From Myxococcota bacterium (GTDB taxonomy: Bacteria; Myxococcota; XYA12-FULL-58-9; JABJBS01): DNA of 64,000 nt. Positions 18,391 through 28,896 of this stretch are shown here, piece by piece. Made by a program: the position numbers and the translations under genes. Under the pieces are notes generated by a model. The model was not told the DNA's origin and did not search any database. It saw only the letters and a list, made by a program, of their open reading frames with translations. Numbering within the stretch: position 1 is the first letter of the stretch; the number at the start of each line of letters is the position of its first letter. Location: contig JAYZAY010000062.1 in the NCBI GenBank assembly GCA_036339465.1, positions 1 to 64,000 on the forward strand, given 5' to 3'.

Positions 18391-19935
18391 TTATTTCTTT
18401 TCCGGACGGATATTAAGTGTGATGCGATGGTCTTTTTGGAGCGTATTTTTGAGCCACTTGTTTAGGGAAGCCAGGGTGACTTTCTCATAACGCTGAAGGT
18501 CCTGACCGATCCAGCTTGGGTCCTGCTTGTGGTGGTTATAGCGTTGAAGCATGGAGGCTTTGCCAGCGACACTTTCAAGTTGATGATAAAAGCTCTTTTT
18601 CCACGCATTTTTGGCGCGGATGAGCTCAATCTCGCTGGGGCCATCTTCAATGATGCGTGCAAGTTCTTCGTCGACTGCCTTTTGAATAGTGGAAAGCTTT
18701 TTGCCCGGGGCTGCAGTGACCACGAGATTGAAGGTCGAACCGAGTTGGCTGCTCCATTGAGCGGCCCGCACGTCTTTGGCAATCCTATCTTCATAAACCA
18801 ACCGTTTATGGAGGCGTGATGTCTTGCCTTGACTGAGAATCAGCGCCAGCACATCGAGCTCTGCGTCGCCTTCTTGCATGAACGCAGGACTTCTCCACGT
18901 ATTGTACATGCGTGGCAGTTGGACTTTATCGGTGGTGTCAATGGTTGTTTCTTTGGGAAGGGGGGCAGAGCTTTGGGTAACTGGCTTTGGTTCAGCCAAT
19001 TTAGGAAGAGGCCCGAAGTAACTTTGAATCCAGCCTTTGACTTCATCTGGGTTAAAATGGCCTGAAACGACAAGGGTGGCATTGTTGGGGGTGTACCAGG
19101 TATTAAAGAAGCGCCGGACGTCTTCAAGATTGGCTGCTTCTAGGTCGATATTTTTTCCGATGGTGAGATTGTGGTAGGGATGGTTTTTGGGCCACATTGT
19201 TTCGGCCAAAAGCTTCCATGCCTTGGCGTAGGGCGCGATCTCATAACGTTGGCGTTTTTCATTTAGGACGACTTCCCGTTGATTGTCGAGTTTGGCTTGG
19301 GTCAAAACGGGAAGTAGAAATCCCATTCTGTCTGCTTCCATCCACAGGGCTCTTTGAAGAACATGGCTCGGGACGGTTTCGAAGTAGTTGGTTCGGTCTG
19401 AGTTGGTGGTGCCATTGATTCGGGCGCCGTAGGCTTGCAGGGGGCCAAAGTATTCTCCATCGGCATGGGCTGAACCGTTGAACATCAAATGCTCGAAGAG
19501 ATGGGCAAAGCCGCTCCGGCCCTTGGGTTCATCTTTGGAGCCTACGTGGTACCAGATCTCCACATGGGCAATGGGGGTGGTGTGATCTTCATGGAGTAAA
19601 ATGCCCAACCCATTGCCGAGGGTGTATTTTTCGAAGGGGATCGAGAGTTGGGTGGTTGTTTGGCTTGTGGCTGTCTCTTTTTTATCGGCAGCTTTCTCGG
19701 TGGCAGTTTCAGAGGTTGGATTGGATTTGTTTTCTGGCCTGTTTTCTGCGTCTGTCTGGGATTGGATTTTTTTGAGGTCTTCTTTTTCTTTTTTCGTTGA
19801 AGATTGAGCCTCTGCTTTGGTGTTGGTGTCGCCTTGAGTGCTGTCAGATGCTGTCGCGTGGGGAGATGTATTTGGTGTTGTTGGTTCTGGTTGAAAGCCC
19901 GCGACCAACATGATGGTTAAGAATATTGTTTTCAT
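18391..19935 (-). CDS. M16 zinc peptidase, catalytic subunit
   Basis: SGFAHLFEHLMFNGS (HxxEH), NGTTNSDRTNYFE, VVLNEKRQRYE. Confidence 0.95.
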   Translation of the reverse strand: MKTIFLTIMLVAGFQPEPTTPNTSPHATASDSTQGDTNTKAEAQSSTKKEKEDLKKIQSQTDAENRPENKSNPTSETATEKAADKKETATSQTTTQLSIPFEKYTLGNGLGILLHEDHTTPIAHVEIWYHVGSKDEPKGRSGFAHLFEHLMFNGSAHADGEYFGPLQAYGARINGTTNSDRTNYFETVPSHVLQRALWMEADRMGFLLPVLTQAKLDNQREVVLNEKRQRYEIAPYAKAWKLLAETMWPKNHPYHNLTIGKNIDLEAANLEDVRRFFNTWYTPNNATLVVSGHFNPDEVKGWIQSYFGPLPKLAEPKPVTQSSAPLPKETTIDTTDKVQLPRMYNTWRSPAFMQEGDAELDVLALILSQGKTSRLHKRLVYEDRIAKDVRAAQWSSQLGSTFNLVVTAAPGKKLSTIQKAVDEELARIIEDGPSEIELIRAKNAWKKSFYHQLESVAGKASMLQRYNHHKQDPSWIGQDLQRYEKVTLASLNKWLKNTLQKDHRITLNIRPEKK

Positions 19936-20266
19936 TGAGTTTCCTTAATTCCCCGAAGTTTTCTGGTGCCTAACTATGGAATTTCCGGTGGAGGTTCAAT
20001 CCTTCAGGGTCGGAATAGAGCTCGAATTGGGGCGATCGCGTTCCAATGGGTTTCCATGGGTTGGGTGAGCTGAAAAGAGCTTGAAAAGAAGTACAACAAT
20101 CCTCCCCGGTCTATAACCCAATGGCCTTAGGATGCTACCCATGCTTTTTGCTCTACAACTCCCCGGCTTTTCCCTTCCTTTTCTCCCAAATCCATTGCCC
20201 TACTGGCCCCGACCGTGGCACTAAGAGCCTCGAGAAAGCTTCAAGAATTAAGGAGAGAGCGACCCC

Positions 20267-20860
20267 ATGGCACAAACACAACTGGGATTTTTCGGACGAC
20301 TTTGGTTGGCTTTAATCCTGCCACTTAGGGTGATTTTCAACGCTTCCCTAGGCACCAATATTCAGGGTCTGCTCAGGGGTACAAGCCCAGCCCCTGAAAC
20401 CAACGAAACCCCTGAAAATCAAAGCACCCCCGCTTCGGTCATCGAATCGGAGCCGGTGGAACAACCCCCAAAACCCGAGGCCCAAGATAACACCGGGCTG
20501 CAGGTTTTGGCTATTCTCCAGCGGGAAGGACGGTTCATTGATTTTCTCCAGGAAGACGTCACTTCTTTTTCCGATCAAGAAGTGGGCGCCGCGGCGCGCG
20601 TGGTGCACGAAGGCTGCAAGCGAGGCCTGAAAAACCACGTGGTTCTCGAACCCGTGCGCACCGAGCAAGAGGGCGCCCCCATTGAATTGGCCGAGGGCTT
20701 CGATGCCCATCGCCTTCGCCTTACGGGCAATGTGGTCGGCAAGCCCCCCTTCAAAGGCCGATTGGCCCACCACGGCTGGCAGGTAAAGGAGCTTCAGCTG
20801 CCCACCCTTTCTGCCGAACACGACCCCCGGGTTCTAGCACCCGCCGAAATCGAACTCTGA
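20267..20860 (+). CDS. DUF2760 domain protein
   Basis: LQVLAILQREGRFIDFLQED, VGAAARVVHEGC, LTGNVVGKPPFKGRLAHHGW, APAEIEL; RBS AAGGAG. Confidence 0.88.
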   Translation: MAQTQLGFFGRLWLALILPLRVIFNASLGTNIQGLLRGTSPAPETNETPENQSTPASVIESEPVEQPPKPEAQDNTGLQVLAILQREGRFIDFLQEDVTSFSDQEVGAAARVVHEGCKRGLKNHVVLEPVRTEQEGAPIELAEGFDAHRLRLTGNVVGKPPFKGRLAHHGWQVKELQLPTLSAEHDPRVLAPAEIEL

Positions 20861-20874
20861 GAGGAGGTCCATTT

Positions 20875-22644
20875 ATGACCGACGCAACCTTTGCCCTGGG
20901 CATCGACCTAGGCACCACCAACAGCGCCTTGGCAAGCGTCCTTATGGGCGACAAGACCTGCGCCCCCACCCCCCTGGCTGTGCCTCAAACCGTGGCTCCT
21001 GGGGAAACCATGGCCCATGAGCTTTTGCCGTCGTTTCTCTACATGACCGCCCAAGCCGAACGCTCTCCCGGCGCCTTCTCCCTGCCGTGGCAAGCGTCCA
21101 CGGAGCAAGTGGTGGGCACCTATGCCCGCAAGCAGGGCGCGGCCACGCCGGGGCGATTGATTTCCTCGGCCAAAAGCTGGCTCTCCTACAGCGGCATCGA
21201 CCGCCGTGGCCAAGTGCTACCCTGGGAAGCCCCCGAAGGCGTTCCGAAGATTTCTCCCCTCGAAGCCTCGGCTCAATACCTGGCCCATCTCCGGGCTGCT
21301 TGGGATGTGGCCCATCCCGAAGCGCCTTTGGGTGAACAAGACGTGGTGCTCACCGTGCCCGCCTCCTTTGATGCCGCGGCCCGAGAGCTCACGGTGGAAG
21401 CGGCGTCTCAAATTGGGCTTAAAGACAACCTTCGGCTTTTGGAAGAACCCCAAGCCGCCCTCTACGCTTGGCTGGCCGATAAGGGCGACGGTTGGCGCGA
21501 CGAACTAAACGTGGGCGACAGCATCCTAGTTTGCGACATCGGCGGTGGTACCACCGACTTCTCTCTCATCTCTGTGCAGGAGCAAGAGGGGGTGCTCGAG
21601 CTCAAGCGGGTGGCGGTGGGGGACCACATCCTTTTGGGCGGGGACAACATGGATTTGGCTCTGGCCTATGGTGTGTCGGCTAAGCTAGAGCAAAATGGGA
21701 AACGTTTGGACGATTGGCAAATGCGCGGCTTGGTACATGGTTGCCGCGTGGCCAAGGAAAGCCTTTTGGCCGATGAAAGTCGTGACACCTATCCCCTGGC
21801 CATCGCCAGTCGAGGCAGCCGACTTTTAGGCGGCACTATCCGCACCGAACTCACCCGGGCGGATTTGGAAACCACGCTTTTGGAGGGCTTCTTTCCTGAG
21901 GTGGCCGCCACCGCCAAGCCCCAAGTTCCCCGCCGGGTGGGGCTCACCACCTTGGGTTTGCCCTACGCAAGCGACGCCGCGGTCACCAGGCATCTCGCAG
22001 CATTTCTGGCTCGGTCTCAAAGTGCCAAGGGTATGACCTATCCCACCGTCATTCTCTTCAATGGTGGGGTGACCCGTTCCCCCATCGTGCGCGATCGCAT
22101 CCTCAAGGTGCTTGGGTCCTGGGCCCAAGAGGCAGGAGTTGCCGGACCCAAAGTCTTAGACGGTGGGGATCCCGATTTGGCCGTGAGTCGGGGGGCGGCC
22201 TTCTACGCCCAAGCCCGTCAGCTGGGTGGTCTGCGGATTAAAGGTGGCACGGCGCGGTCCTACTATATTGGGGTGGAGCAAAACCAAATGGCGGTGCCCG
22301 GAATTCCCCCCAAACTCGATGCCCTCTGCATTGCTCCTTTTGGTATGGAAGAAGGCACCGAAGTTCACCTCAGCGAACCCTTCGGCCTTTACGTGGGTGA
22401 GCCGGTGTCTTTCCGCTTCTTCGGCTCGTCTAAACGTCAAGAGGATGAAGTGGGCACGGTGGTTGACCCAGGCGATTTGGCCGAAGTAGCCCCCATCGAA
22501 ACCACCCTAGACGGCGACGAGGGCACGGTGGTGCATGTTCGACTCCACGCCCGGGTCAGCGAAGTGGGCACCCTAGAGCTCTCGGCGGTGGAGGTTGATT
22601 CCGACCGTCGCTGGAAGTTAAGTTTCGACGTTCGCATGAATTAA
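20875..22644 (+). CDS. Atypical Hsp70-family protein
   Basis: GIDLGTTNS, TVPASFD, EEPQAA, DIGGGTTDF, VGDHILLGGDNMD. Confidence 0.92.
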   Translation: MTDATFALGIDLGTTNSALASVLMGDKTCAPTPLAVPQTVAPGETMAHELLPSFLYMTAQAERSPGAFSLPWQASTEQVVGTYARKQGAATPGRLISSAKSWLSYSGIDRRGQVLPWEAPEGVPKISPLEASAQYLAHLRAAWDVAHPEAPLGEQDVVLTVPASFDAAARELTVEAASQIGLKDNLRLLEEPQAALYAWLADKGDGWRDELNVGDSILVCDIGGGTTDFSLISVQEQEGVLELKRVAVGDHILLGGDNMDLALAYGVSAKLEQNGKRLDDWQMRGLVHGCRVAKESLLADESRDTYPLAIASRGSRLLGGTIRTELTRADLETTLLEGFFPEVAATAKPQVPRRVGLTTLGLPYASDAAVTRHLAAFLARSQSAKGMTYPTVILFNGGVTRSPIVRDRILKVLGSWAQEAGVAGPKVLDGGDPDLAVSRGAAFYAQARQLGGLRIKGGTARSYYIGVEQNQMAVPGIPPKLDALCIAPFGMEEGTEVHLSEPFGLYVGEPVSFRFFGSSKRQEDEVGTVVDPGDLAEVAPIETTLDGDEGTVVHVRLHARVSEVGTLELSAVEVDSDRRWKLSFDVRMN

Positions 22645-22687
22645 AAGCTGCGGCTTTTCGAGTCGCGCCTCTTTTTGGGATCATCAC

Positions 22688-25453
22688 ATGACCGAACCTC
22701 AATTTATCGTGGGCATCGATTTAGGTACCACCCACTGCGCCCTAGCGGCGAGTCCCGCCAATCGCGCCGCCGTGAAACTCTACGAGCTTCCCCAATTGAT
22801 TTCTCCAGGGGAGGTGTCCTCCCTGCCCCTTTTGCCTTCGCTCCTCTACTTGCCTACGGAAGGGGAGTTGACTGAAGGGGCGACGGAGTTGCCCTGGGGC
22901 AAGACGCCCCATGTGGTGGGGGAGTTGGCCGGTCGCCTCGGCGCCAAGGTGCCCCATCGTTTGGTGGCCTCGGCCAAGAGTTGGATTTGCCATGGCGGCA
23001 TCAATCAACGAGCACCGGTGTTGCCCTGGAACGCGCCGGAAAACGAACCACAAATTTCCCCTTACGGCGCTTCGGTACAGTATTTGGCCCACCTCAAATC
23101 AATTTGGGATGCCTCCCATGGTGATGCGCCCTTGGCTCAGCAAGATGTCACCATCACCGTGCCGGCTTCCTTTGATGAAGCGGCCCGAGAACTTACCTTG
23201 GAAGCGGCCAAGGAAGCGGGTTATGGCATTGATGTGCGTCTCATCGAAGAGCCCCAAGCGGCTTTTTACGATTTCCTTGGCTTCCAGGGCGACGACATCC
23301 GCGACCGCCTGGCGGGGGCCAAGTTGGTGCTGGTGGTGGACGTGGGTGGTGGCACCACCGATTTAACCCTATTGAAAGTACTCGAAGGTGAAGACGGGAC
23401 TCCCAATCTGGAACGAATTGCGGTGGGCGGTCATCTTCTTTTGGGCGGGGACAACATGGATGCGGCCTTGGCCCACCACGTGCTGGGGAAAGCCAATCGC
23501 ACAAGTCTTGATCCCAGTGAGTGGTCTGGCTTGGTGCAGTCGGTGCGTTTGGCCAAGGAAAAGCTTTTGGGCCCCGGTGCGCCCGAAGAAACAGTGGTTT
23601 CTCTTCAGAAGCGCGGCTCCCGACTCATCGGTTCCACCCAGAGTATTGTCCTCACCCGCGCGGAAGTGAACGAAGTTTTGGTGGACGGTTTTATTCCCAA
23701 AACCGGAGCATCTGATGTGCCCGAGAAAAACAAGCGGGCCGGTCTTACCACCCTGGGGCTGCCCTACGCCACAGATCCTGGCATTCCCCGCCACGTGTGT
23801 GCCTTTTTGCGGCGACATATCGAAGGCGCTAAGGAAGTGGGGGCTGCGATCCAAGATGGCTTGCCTCGCCCTGATTTGGTGCTCCTAAACGGCGGGGTTT
23901 TTCATGCCCAAGCCTTGGTAGAACGCTTGGCTCAAGTGTTTACCCATTGGTTTGGAGGCCAAACAATTCCCTTTTTGGAACACACCTCTCTTTCCACTGC
24001 GGTGGCCTGTGGTGCGGTGCGCTATGGTTTGGCGCGACGTGGCCAAGGGCAGGTTATTGGTGGTGGCACGCCCCGGGCTTATTATCTGGGGGTTCAAGGC
24101 CAGGACGAACGACTCCAGGCCTTTTGCGTGGCTCCGCGGGGCATGGAAGAAAACACCACCGTGGAAGTCACCAACCAAGTATTGAATCTGGTGCTTAACC
24201 GCGAGGTGAGCTTCCCCCTTTATGTCTACACCGGGGATAGGACAGACATCGCGGGGACGGTGGTGGATGTGGACGACGAACTCGAACCCACAGCCCCCAT
24301 CCAAACCGTGCTTCGGGATAAGGTAGGTTCTCTGAAGGAAAACGAGGACGGCACCATTCCCGTCACCCTAGGCGCGGAACTCGATGAAAGTGGCGCCTTG
24401 AAACTCAATCTGCGAACCATGGAACTTCCCCCCCGCCGGTGGCGTCTTCAATTTGCCCTTCGTGTTGACGGCGAGGAAGGCAAGCAGGAGGATGGCAAGG
24501 GGCAGGAAAGCGCAGCTTCCAAGGGTGGCTCGAAGTCTGTGCTGCCCGACAACTTTTCCCGGGCCCGCCGGCGTATTACCGATATGTTTGGTAAGGAACA
24601 GGAAGTGGCCAAGGTGAAGGGGATCCGAAAGGATCTGGAAGAGATCCTCGGGCCTCGGGGCGAATGGTCGGCCCACACTTGCCGGGCTATTTTCGATGCT
24701 TGTATGAAGCAACAAGCGGTGCGGGGCCAAAGCGCCTTTCACGAGGTGCAATGGCTTCGTTTGATTGGCTTTGGACTGCGCCCGGGCCTGGGTATTTTGG
24801 GCGATGCGGACCGGGTTCAGGATCTCTGGGAGCTCTATGGTCGGGGGTTGAAATTCCCCTCTAAGGCAAACTTTGGCGAGTGGTGGATCCTGTGGCGCCG
24901 TGTGGCTCCGGGCTTGGACATGGCTAAAACCCACAGGCTCTATGAGGATACCCATCTCTGGCTTTTACCCGAAACAAGTCCTAAAATAGGACCGCGTCTC
25001 ACCGGGCAGGCCGAGATGATGCAGATGTTGGCCTCCTTGGAGAAACTCTCTGCGGCCCAAAAAATTTCCATTGGGCAAGCCTACCTCAAGAATCCCAAGA
25101 AGTTCAGCACTTGGTTGCCCTTGGGTCGGTTGGGCAGTCGTGCTCCTCTTTATGGGGGAGCGAGCACGGTGGTGGGAAGAGATGTGGCCAACGAGTGGTT
25201 AAAAATCCTTCTCGAATTGGATTGGAAAAAATCCGAAGGGGCGCCTTTCGCGGCGACGCTGATTGCACGAATGACTGGCGATGAAGTTGTTGATCTGGAT
25301 GCGGGATTAAGGGGAGATTTGGCACAACGCTTGAAAGAAGCCAAAACTGCGGCGAGTTGGCGCGAGATGGTGCTTCATCCCACCAACCTTTCTCACAAAG
25401 ATGCTTCGCGCATATTGGGTGAGGCTTTGCCCGTGGGACTTCGTTTGGATTGA
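22688..25453 (+). CDS. Atypical Hsp70 with C-terminal DUF3731-like helical domain
   Basis: GIDLGTTH, DVGGGTTDL, LGGDNMD; C-terminal WLRLIGFGLRPGLG, EWWILWRRVAPGL, GRLGSRAPLYG, ILGEALPVGLRL. Confidence 0.9.
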   Translation: MTEPQFIVGIDLGTTHCALAASPANRAAVKLYELPQLISPGEVSSLPLLPSLLYLPTEGELTEGATELPWGKTPHVVGELAGRLGAKVPHRLVASAKSWICHGGINQRAPVLPWNAPENEPQISPYGASVQYLAHLKSIWDASHGDAPLAQQDVTITVPASFDEAARELTLEAAKEAGYGIDVRLIEEPQAAFYDFLGFQGDDIRDRLAGAKLVLVVDVGGGTTDLTLLKVLEGEDGTPNLERIAVGGHLLLGGDNMDAALAHHVLGKANRTSLDPSEWSGLVQSVRLAKEKLLGPGAPEETVVSLQKRGSRLIGSTQSIVLTRAEVNEVLVDGFIPKTGASDVPEKNKRAGLTTLGLPYATDPGIPRHVCAFLRRHIEGAKEVGAAIQDGLPRPDLVLLNGGVFHAQALVERLAQVFTHWFGGQTIPFLEHTSLSTAVACGAVRYGLARRGQGQVIGGGTPRAYYLGVQGQDERLQAFCVAPRGMEENTTVEVTNQVLNLVLNREVSFPLYVYTGDRTDIAGTVVDVDDELEPTAPIQTVLRDKVGSLKENEDGTIPVTLGAELDESGALKLNLRTMELPPRRWRLQFALRVDGEEGKQEDGKGQESAASKGGSKSVLPDNFSRARRRITDMFGKEQEVAKVKGIRKDLEEILGPRGEWSAHTCRAIFDACMKQQAVRGQSAFHEVQWLRLIGFGLRPGLGILGDADRVQDLWELYGRGLKFPSKANFGEWWILWRRVAPGLDMAKTHRLYEDTHLWLLPETSPKIGPRLTGQAEMMQMLASLEKLSAAQKISIGQAYLKNPKKFSTWLPLGRLGSRAPLYGGASTVVGRDVANEWLKILLELDWKKSEGAPFAATLIARMTGDEVVDLDAGLRGDLAQRLKEAKTAASWREMVLHPTNLSHKDASRILGEALPVGLRLD

Positions 25454-25510
25454 GGGGGGGGTAGGTATGAGAACATTTTCTCATGTGGGTTTAGGGTGTG
25501 GCTAGAGGCC

Positions 25511-27529
25511 CTATTTCTGAAACATCCCTTCCTCATAGGCGCTAATGACGCCTTTGAAGGCCGATGCGGCGACTGTGAGGGGCGAGGCGAGATAGAGTTT
25601 GCCGGGGCCACTTCTCCCTTGAAAATTACGGTTGATGGCCGATACGCTCACTTGCTCGGCGGTTTCGCTCACGCCTGGGCCGCAGCCGATGCACGCTCCA
25701 CAACCGGGATTGATAAGTTTAACGCCGGCCTGCTCAAAGAGCTCAGTCCAGCCCTGCTCTTTGGCGTAGATGGCCACGTCTTTGCTGCCATATTGAATGT
25801 AGAAGGCGACGTGGTTGGCGACTTTGAGTCCGGCCTCCACGGCTTCTTTGGCGACCTGTGCGTAAAACGCAAAATCATCCACCTTGCCGGCGGTGCAAGA
25901 ACCTCCGTAGGCGATGTCGATGTGGACCGAGTCCAAATTTGCGACCATCTCTCCATTGGTGGGATCGCTTGGGATCCCTTGGTCGGGGTTGCCGGGGTGT
26001 GCCACCATGGGAGCGATGGTGGTTAAGTCGATGGTATGGACGCCGCCGTCGTAGTGGGCGTTTGTATCGGGTTTAACGAAAGAGGCTAGGATTTCTTCGG
26101 CCGAGAGGTGGGGTCGCCTTGCCTGAAGCCACGTGAGGGTTTTGTCATCGGCCTCGGCGATACCTGTTTTGGCGGTGCATTCTGTGGCCATATTACAGAG
26201 GGTGGCGCGTTCATCCATGCTTAAGGCAGCAAGGCCAGGCCCCCCGAATTCCATGGAGCGATCGAGGGTTTCTTCGTTCTTGGCGAAGGTTGAGAGGATA
26301 TAGAGGATGATATCCTTGGCGGTGGTGCCGGGTTTTAGCGCACCGGCTAATTCAAATCGAATGGATTGAGGAACCTTCACAAAGCTGTAGCCGCTGTAGA
26401 TGGAGGCTGCATATTCTGTGGCGCCGACGCCGTAGGAGAGGGCGTTATTTCCCCCGCCCATACAGGTGTGGCTATCGGTGGCTTGAATAAAATCGCCGGG
26501 GTCTACAAAGTGCTCGCGGGCTACTTGGTGGCAGATCCCGGGGGAAATACCATCCTTGGCGGAGTAATCCCTAACGCCGGTGTGGGCCTGAAATTCGTTT
26601 TGGAGGGTCCGCAGGGTTTGAATCTTCGATACAAAGGGTTGAAACCTTTTAACCCCATCGGCGTAGAGCAGGTGGTCTTCGAATACAGCGAGTTTTTGAG
26701 GATTTTTGACCTCATATCCTTCGCCGAATTCCCTTTTAAGAAAGGTGTGCACTTGGGCACTGGTGAATTCGTGGCTGTAGCCCCCATCGGTTCTGGCCAG
26801 AACGGGGTCTCCAGGCTTGACGAAAATGGTTTTCTCCTGGGGAGCACCCACCACTTTAGAGGCGACCATTTTTTCCACCATGGTCATGGGTCGCGTTTGG
26901 GTGGAGGGAAGTGGAACTTCAATTTCTCCGGTATCGAGTTTTTGGCAAAATGCGAAAAGCCCCCCCGCTTCGAGAATTTTTTGGGTCACGGGATCGTATT
27001 TGCCGATGAATTCCCCCAGTGGGATCTCTTCACCTAGCTGGAGACGTTCCAATAGGTCGTAGCCACCCATGAGTTGACCCAGGTTGATGTTGTTGCGTTC
27101 GTGAATGGGGGCGAAGGAGTGCGCAATCACGATTCGGATCCCACTGTATCTTTCGCACTGGGCGGCAGTTTCCCGTGAGGAGCCGGTGCCTTTGCGTTGG
27201 CCGCTTACGATGACCTCGAAATTGCCCTCCTTGAGGGCATTGGCTTTGAAAACCCTTTCACCCCGGTGGAGCAGACCGGCATAAGCGTTTTCGGCAATGG
27301 CTTCGGGTTCATGGTCAAAACATACCCAGGCTGGGGTCATGACGTCGGTGTTGATATCGTCGAGGAGGTCTTTGGGATCCACCTCACTCATTTTGAGATC
27401 TAGCCCTTCATAGAGCTGCTGACCGATGAGATCGAGATCTTTGGTGAGGAATAGAATGCGTTTTCCGGAAGTTAAGCGAAGGGTGGTTTGATTGCTTGTC
27501 ATGGGCTGTCTCTCCGGTTGGGTTGACAT
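25511..27529 (-). CDS. Aconitase-family hydratase/isomerase, swivel (LeuD-like) domain fused N-terminal to the large (LeuC-like) domain
   Basis: DDINTD and GTGSSRE; GICHQV, DSHTC, GGSCTAG, PGCGACIG, INRNFQGRSG. Confidence 0.9.
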   Translation of the reverse strand: MSTQPERQPMTSNQTTLRLTSGKRILFLTKDLDLIGQQLYEGLDLKMSEVDPKDLLDDINTDVMTPAWVCFDHEPEAIAENAYAGLLHRGERVFKANALKEGNFEVIVSGQRKGTGSSRETAAQCERYSGIRIVIAHSFAPIHERNNINLGQLMGGYDLLERLQLGEEIPLGEFIGKYDPVTQKILEAGGLFAFCQKLDTGEIEVPLPSTQTRPMTMVEKMVASKVVGAPQEKTIFVKPGDPVLARTDGGYSHEFTSAQVHTFLKREFGEGYEVKNPQKLAVFEDHLLYADGVKRFQPFVSKIQTLRTLQNEFQAHTGVRDYSAKDGISPGICHQVAREHFVDPGDFIQATDSHTCMGGGNNALSYGVGATEYAASIYSGYSFVKVPQSIRFELAGALKPGTTAKDIILYILSTFAKNEETLDRSMEFGGPGLAALSMDERATLCNMATECTAKTGIAEADDKTLTWLQARRPHLSAEEILASFVKPDTNAHYDGGVHTIDLTTIAPMVAHPGNPDQGIPSDPTNGEMVANLDSVHIDIAYGGSCTAGKVDDFAFYAQVAKEAVEAGLKVANHVAFYIQYGSKDVAIYAKEQGWTELFEQAGVKLINPGCGACIGCGPGVSETAEQVSVSAINRNFQGRSGPGKLYLASPLTVAASAFKGVISAYEEGMFQK

Positions 27530-27610
27530 TTTAGGGGTGTTTTAGCGTGTCTTGGGCTTGTTGCATTGGGGGCATCGCGTTTTTTGTGCCGGGGCAAAGT
27601 CTAAGCCAGT

Positions 27611-28780
27611 TTAAGTCACCTTGGAGACCACCCAAGTCAATCCTATCCACGCACCCATGGATGAACCGACGTTTGCCAAAGCCGCCACAAGCAGCACGCG
27701 GGTAAAGGGGTTGGCGTAGAATCCGCGGAAAGTTTGGATGTCGTGGTGGAGATTCTCGCAGTCGGCCACGGTGGGTTTACGGAGCCAGGCTTCAACCAAT
27801 CCCACGAGCATCCCCGCGCCGATGAGGGGATTGAGTGAGGTGATGGGTGAGCCAATGGCAGCGGCTAAGATTGAAAGTGGTTTGCCACCGGCCACAATGG
27901 TGAGTGCCGCGGCGGCCACCGCATTGGGAAGAATCCAGGCCAAGACGAGCTCTTGGAAATTTCGGCCTTCGTTTGCTTGAAAGCCGTAGGCAAAAGCTCC
28001 TAGGATGATTGCAGGAATCACCCATTTGAGGGCCCCGACCCAAGCAGCGGCCTTGGGGATCACGTCGAGACTGGGGCGATCGATGGCTTCTTCAAATCGG
28101 CTGACCATGCCGCTTAGGTGTCCTTTGCCAACCACGCCCACAATTTTCTTGCCTTCGATGTCTTGGAGTTTAGACACCATGTAAGCGTCTCTTTCGTCGA
28201 TGAGGGGCTTTTTCACCTCGGGCATGGCTTGGGCAAATTGGCCCATGAGATCGTCGAGTTTCTCAGTGCTTTTAAGAGCCTCGATATCTTCTTCTTGGAG
28301 CTCTTGGGAATCGAAAACGCTGGTAATAGCTCCGAAAACATTCTTGATTTTTTGCCAGAAAGAAAAGCTGGCCCAGGTTCGTCGCAACGTGGTTTGGATG
28401 TCGCGATCGATCAATTCGATTCGAGCGCCGGAAGATTTTCCACTTTGGATGGCGGCCATGAGTTCGGCACCGGGTTCCACCCCGACTTTGGCTCCCATGC
28501 GGCGCTGATAGGAGGCCATGGCCAAATTGGCCAGGAGCATCAGGAATTTTCGCTCTTTGATGACTGTGAAAATGTCTAAGTTTTTCCACCTGTTAGAGTC
28601 GGTCAATGCTTTGTGGCGGGTGTCGCACAACTCCACCGCGACCACATCGGGTTCCACCGCGGTGATGAGGCCTTTCACCTCGTCGACGCTGTGCTCTGAA
28701 ATGTGGGCTGTGCCCAGGAGATAAAAGTTTCGCCCGTTGGATTCTAAATGAACGGCATTTGGGAAGTTTTCAAGATCCAT
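27611..28780 (-). CDS. TraB/PrgY family protein
   Basis: LLGTAHIS, VAVELC, PGAELM, IDRDIQTTLRR, LIDERDAYM, VVGKGHL, C-terminal TMs. Confidence 0.92.
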   Translation of the reverse strand: MDLENFPNAVHLESNGRNFYLLGTAHISEHSVDEVKGLITAVEPDVVAVELCDTRHKALTDSNRWKNLDIFTVIKERKFLMLLANLAMASYQRRMGAKVGVEPGAELMAAIQSGKSSGARIELIDRDIQTTLRRTWASFSFWQKIKNVFGAITSVFDSQELQEEDIEALKSTEKLDDLMGQFAQAMPEVKKPLIDERDAYMVSKLQDIEGKKIVGVVGKGHLSGMVSRFEEAIDRPSLDVIPKAAAWVGALKWVIPAIILGAFAYGFQANEGRNFQELVLAWILPNAVAAAALTIVAGGKPLSILAAAIGSPITSLNPLIGAGMLVGLVEAWLRKPTVADCENLHHDIQTFRGFYANPFTRVLLVAALANVGSSMGAWIGLTWVVSKVT

Positions 28781-28896
28781 GGCAGCACGCCTTATCACCG
28801 GTTGGTTGTCTCGGAAAGGGGCGCTTGGCAAAGTCGTGCGCATTTATTATAGGGCGGCGTCATCTTTAGGTGGACTTAAACTTTTGTGGGAAGTGA

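Noticed and set aside
22650..22677. Hairpin plus T-run between the two Hsp70 genes as a terminator
   Set aside because: Short stem and T-tract separated from it; too weak to call
25496..27403. Long + strand ORFs (25496..26026, 26366..27037) and similar ones elsewhere (10194..10763, 24368..24955, 49708..50346, 57804..58418)
   Set aside because: Antisense to well-supported genes, with no motifs of their own
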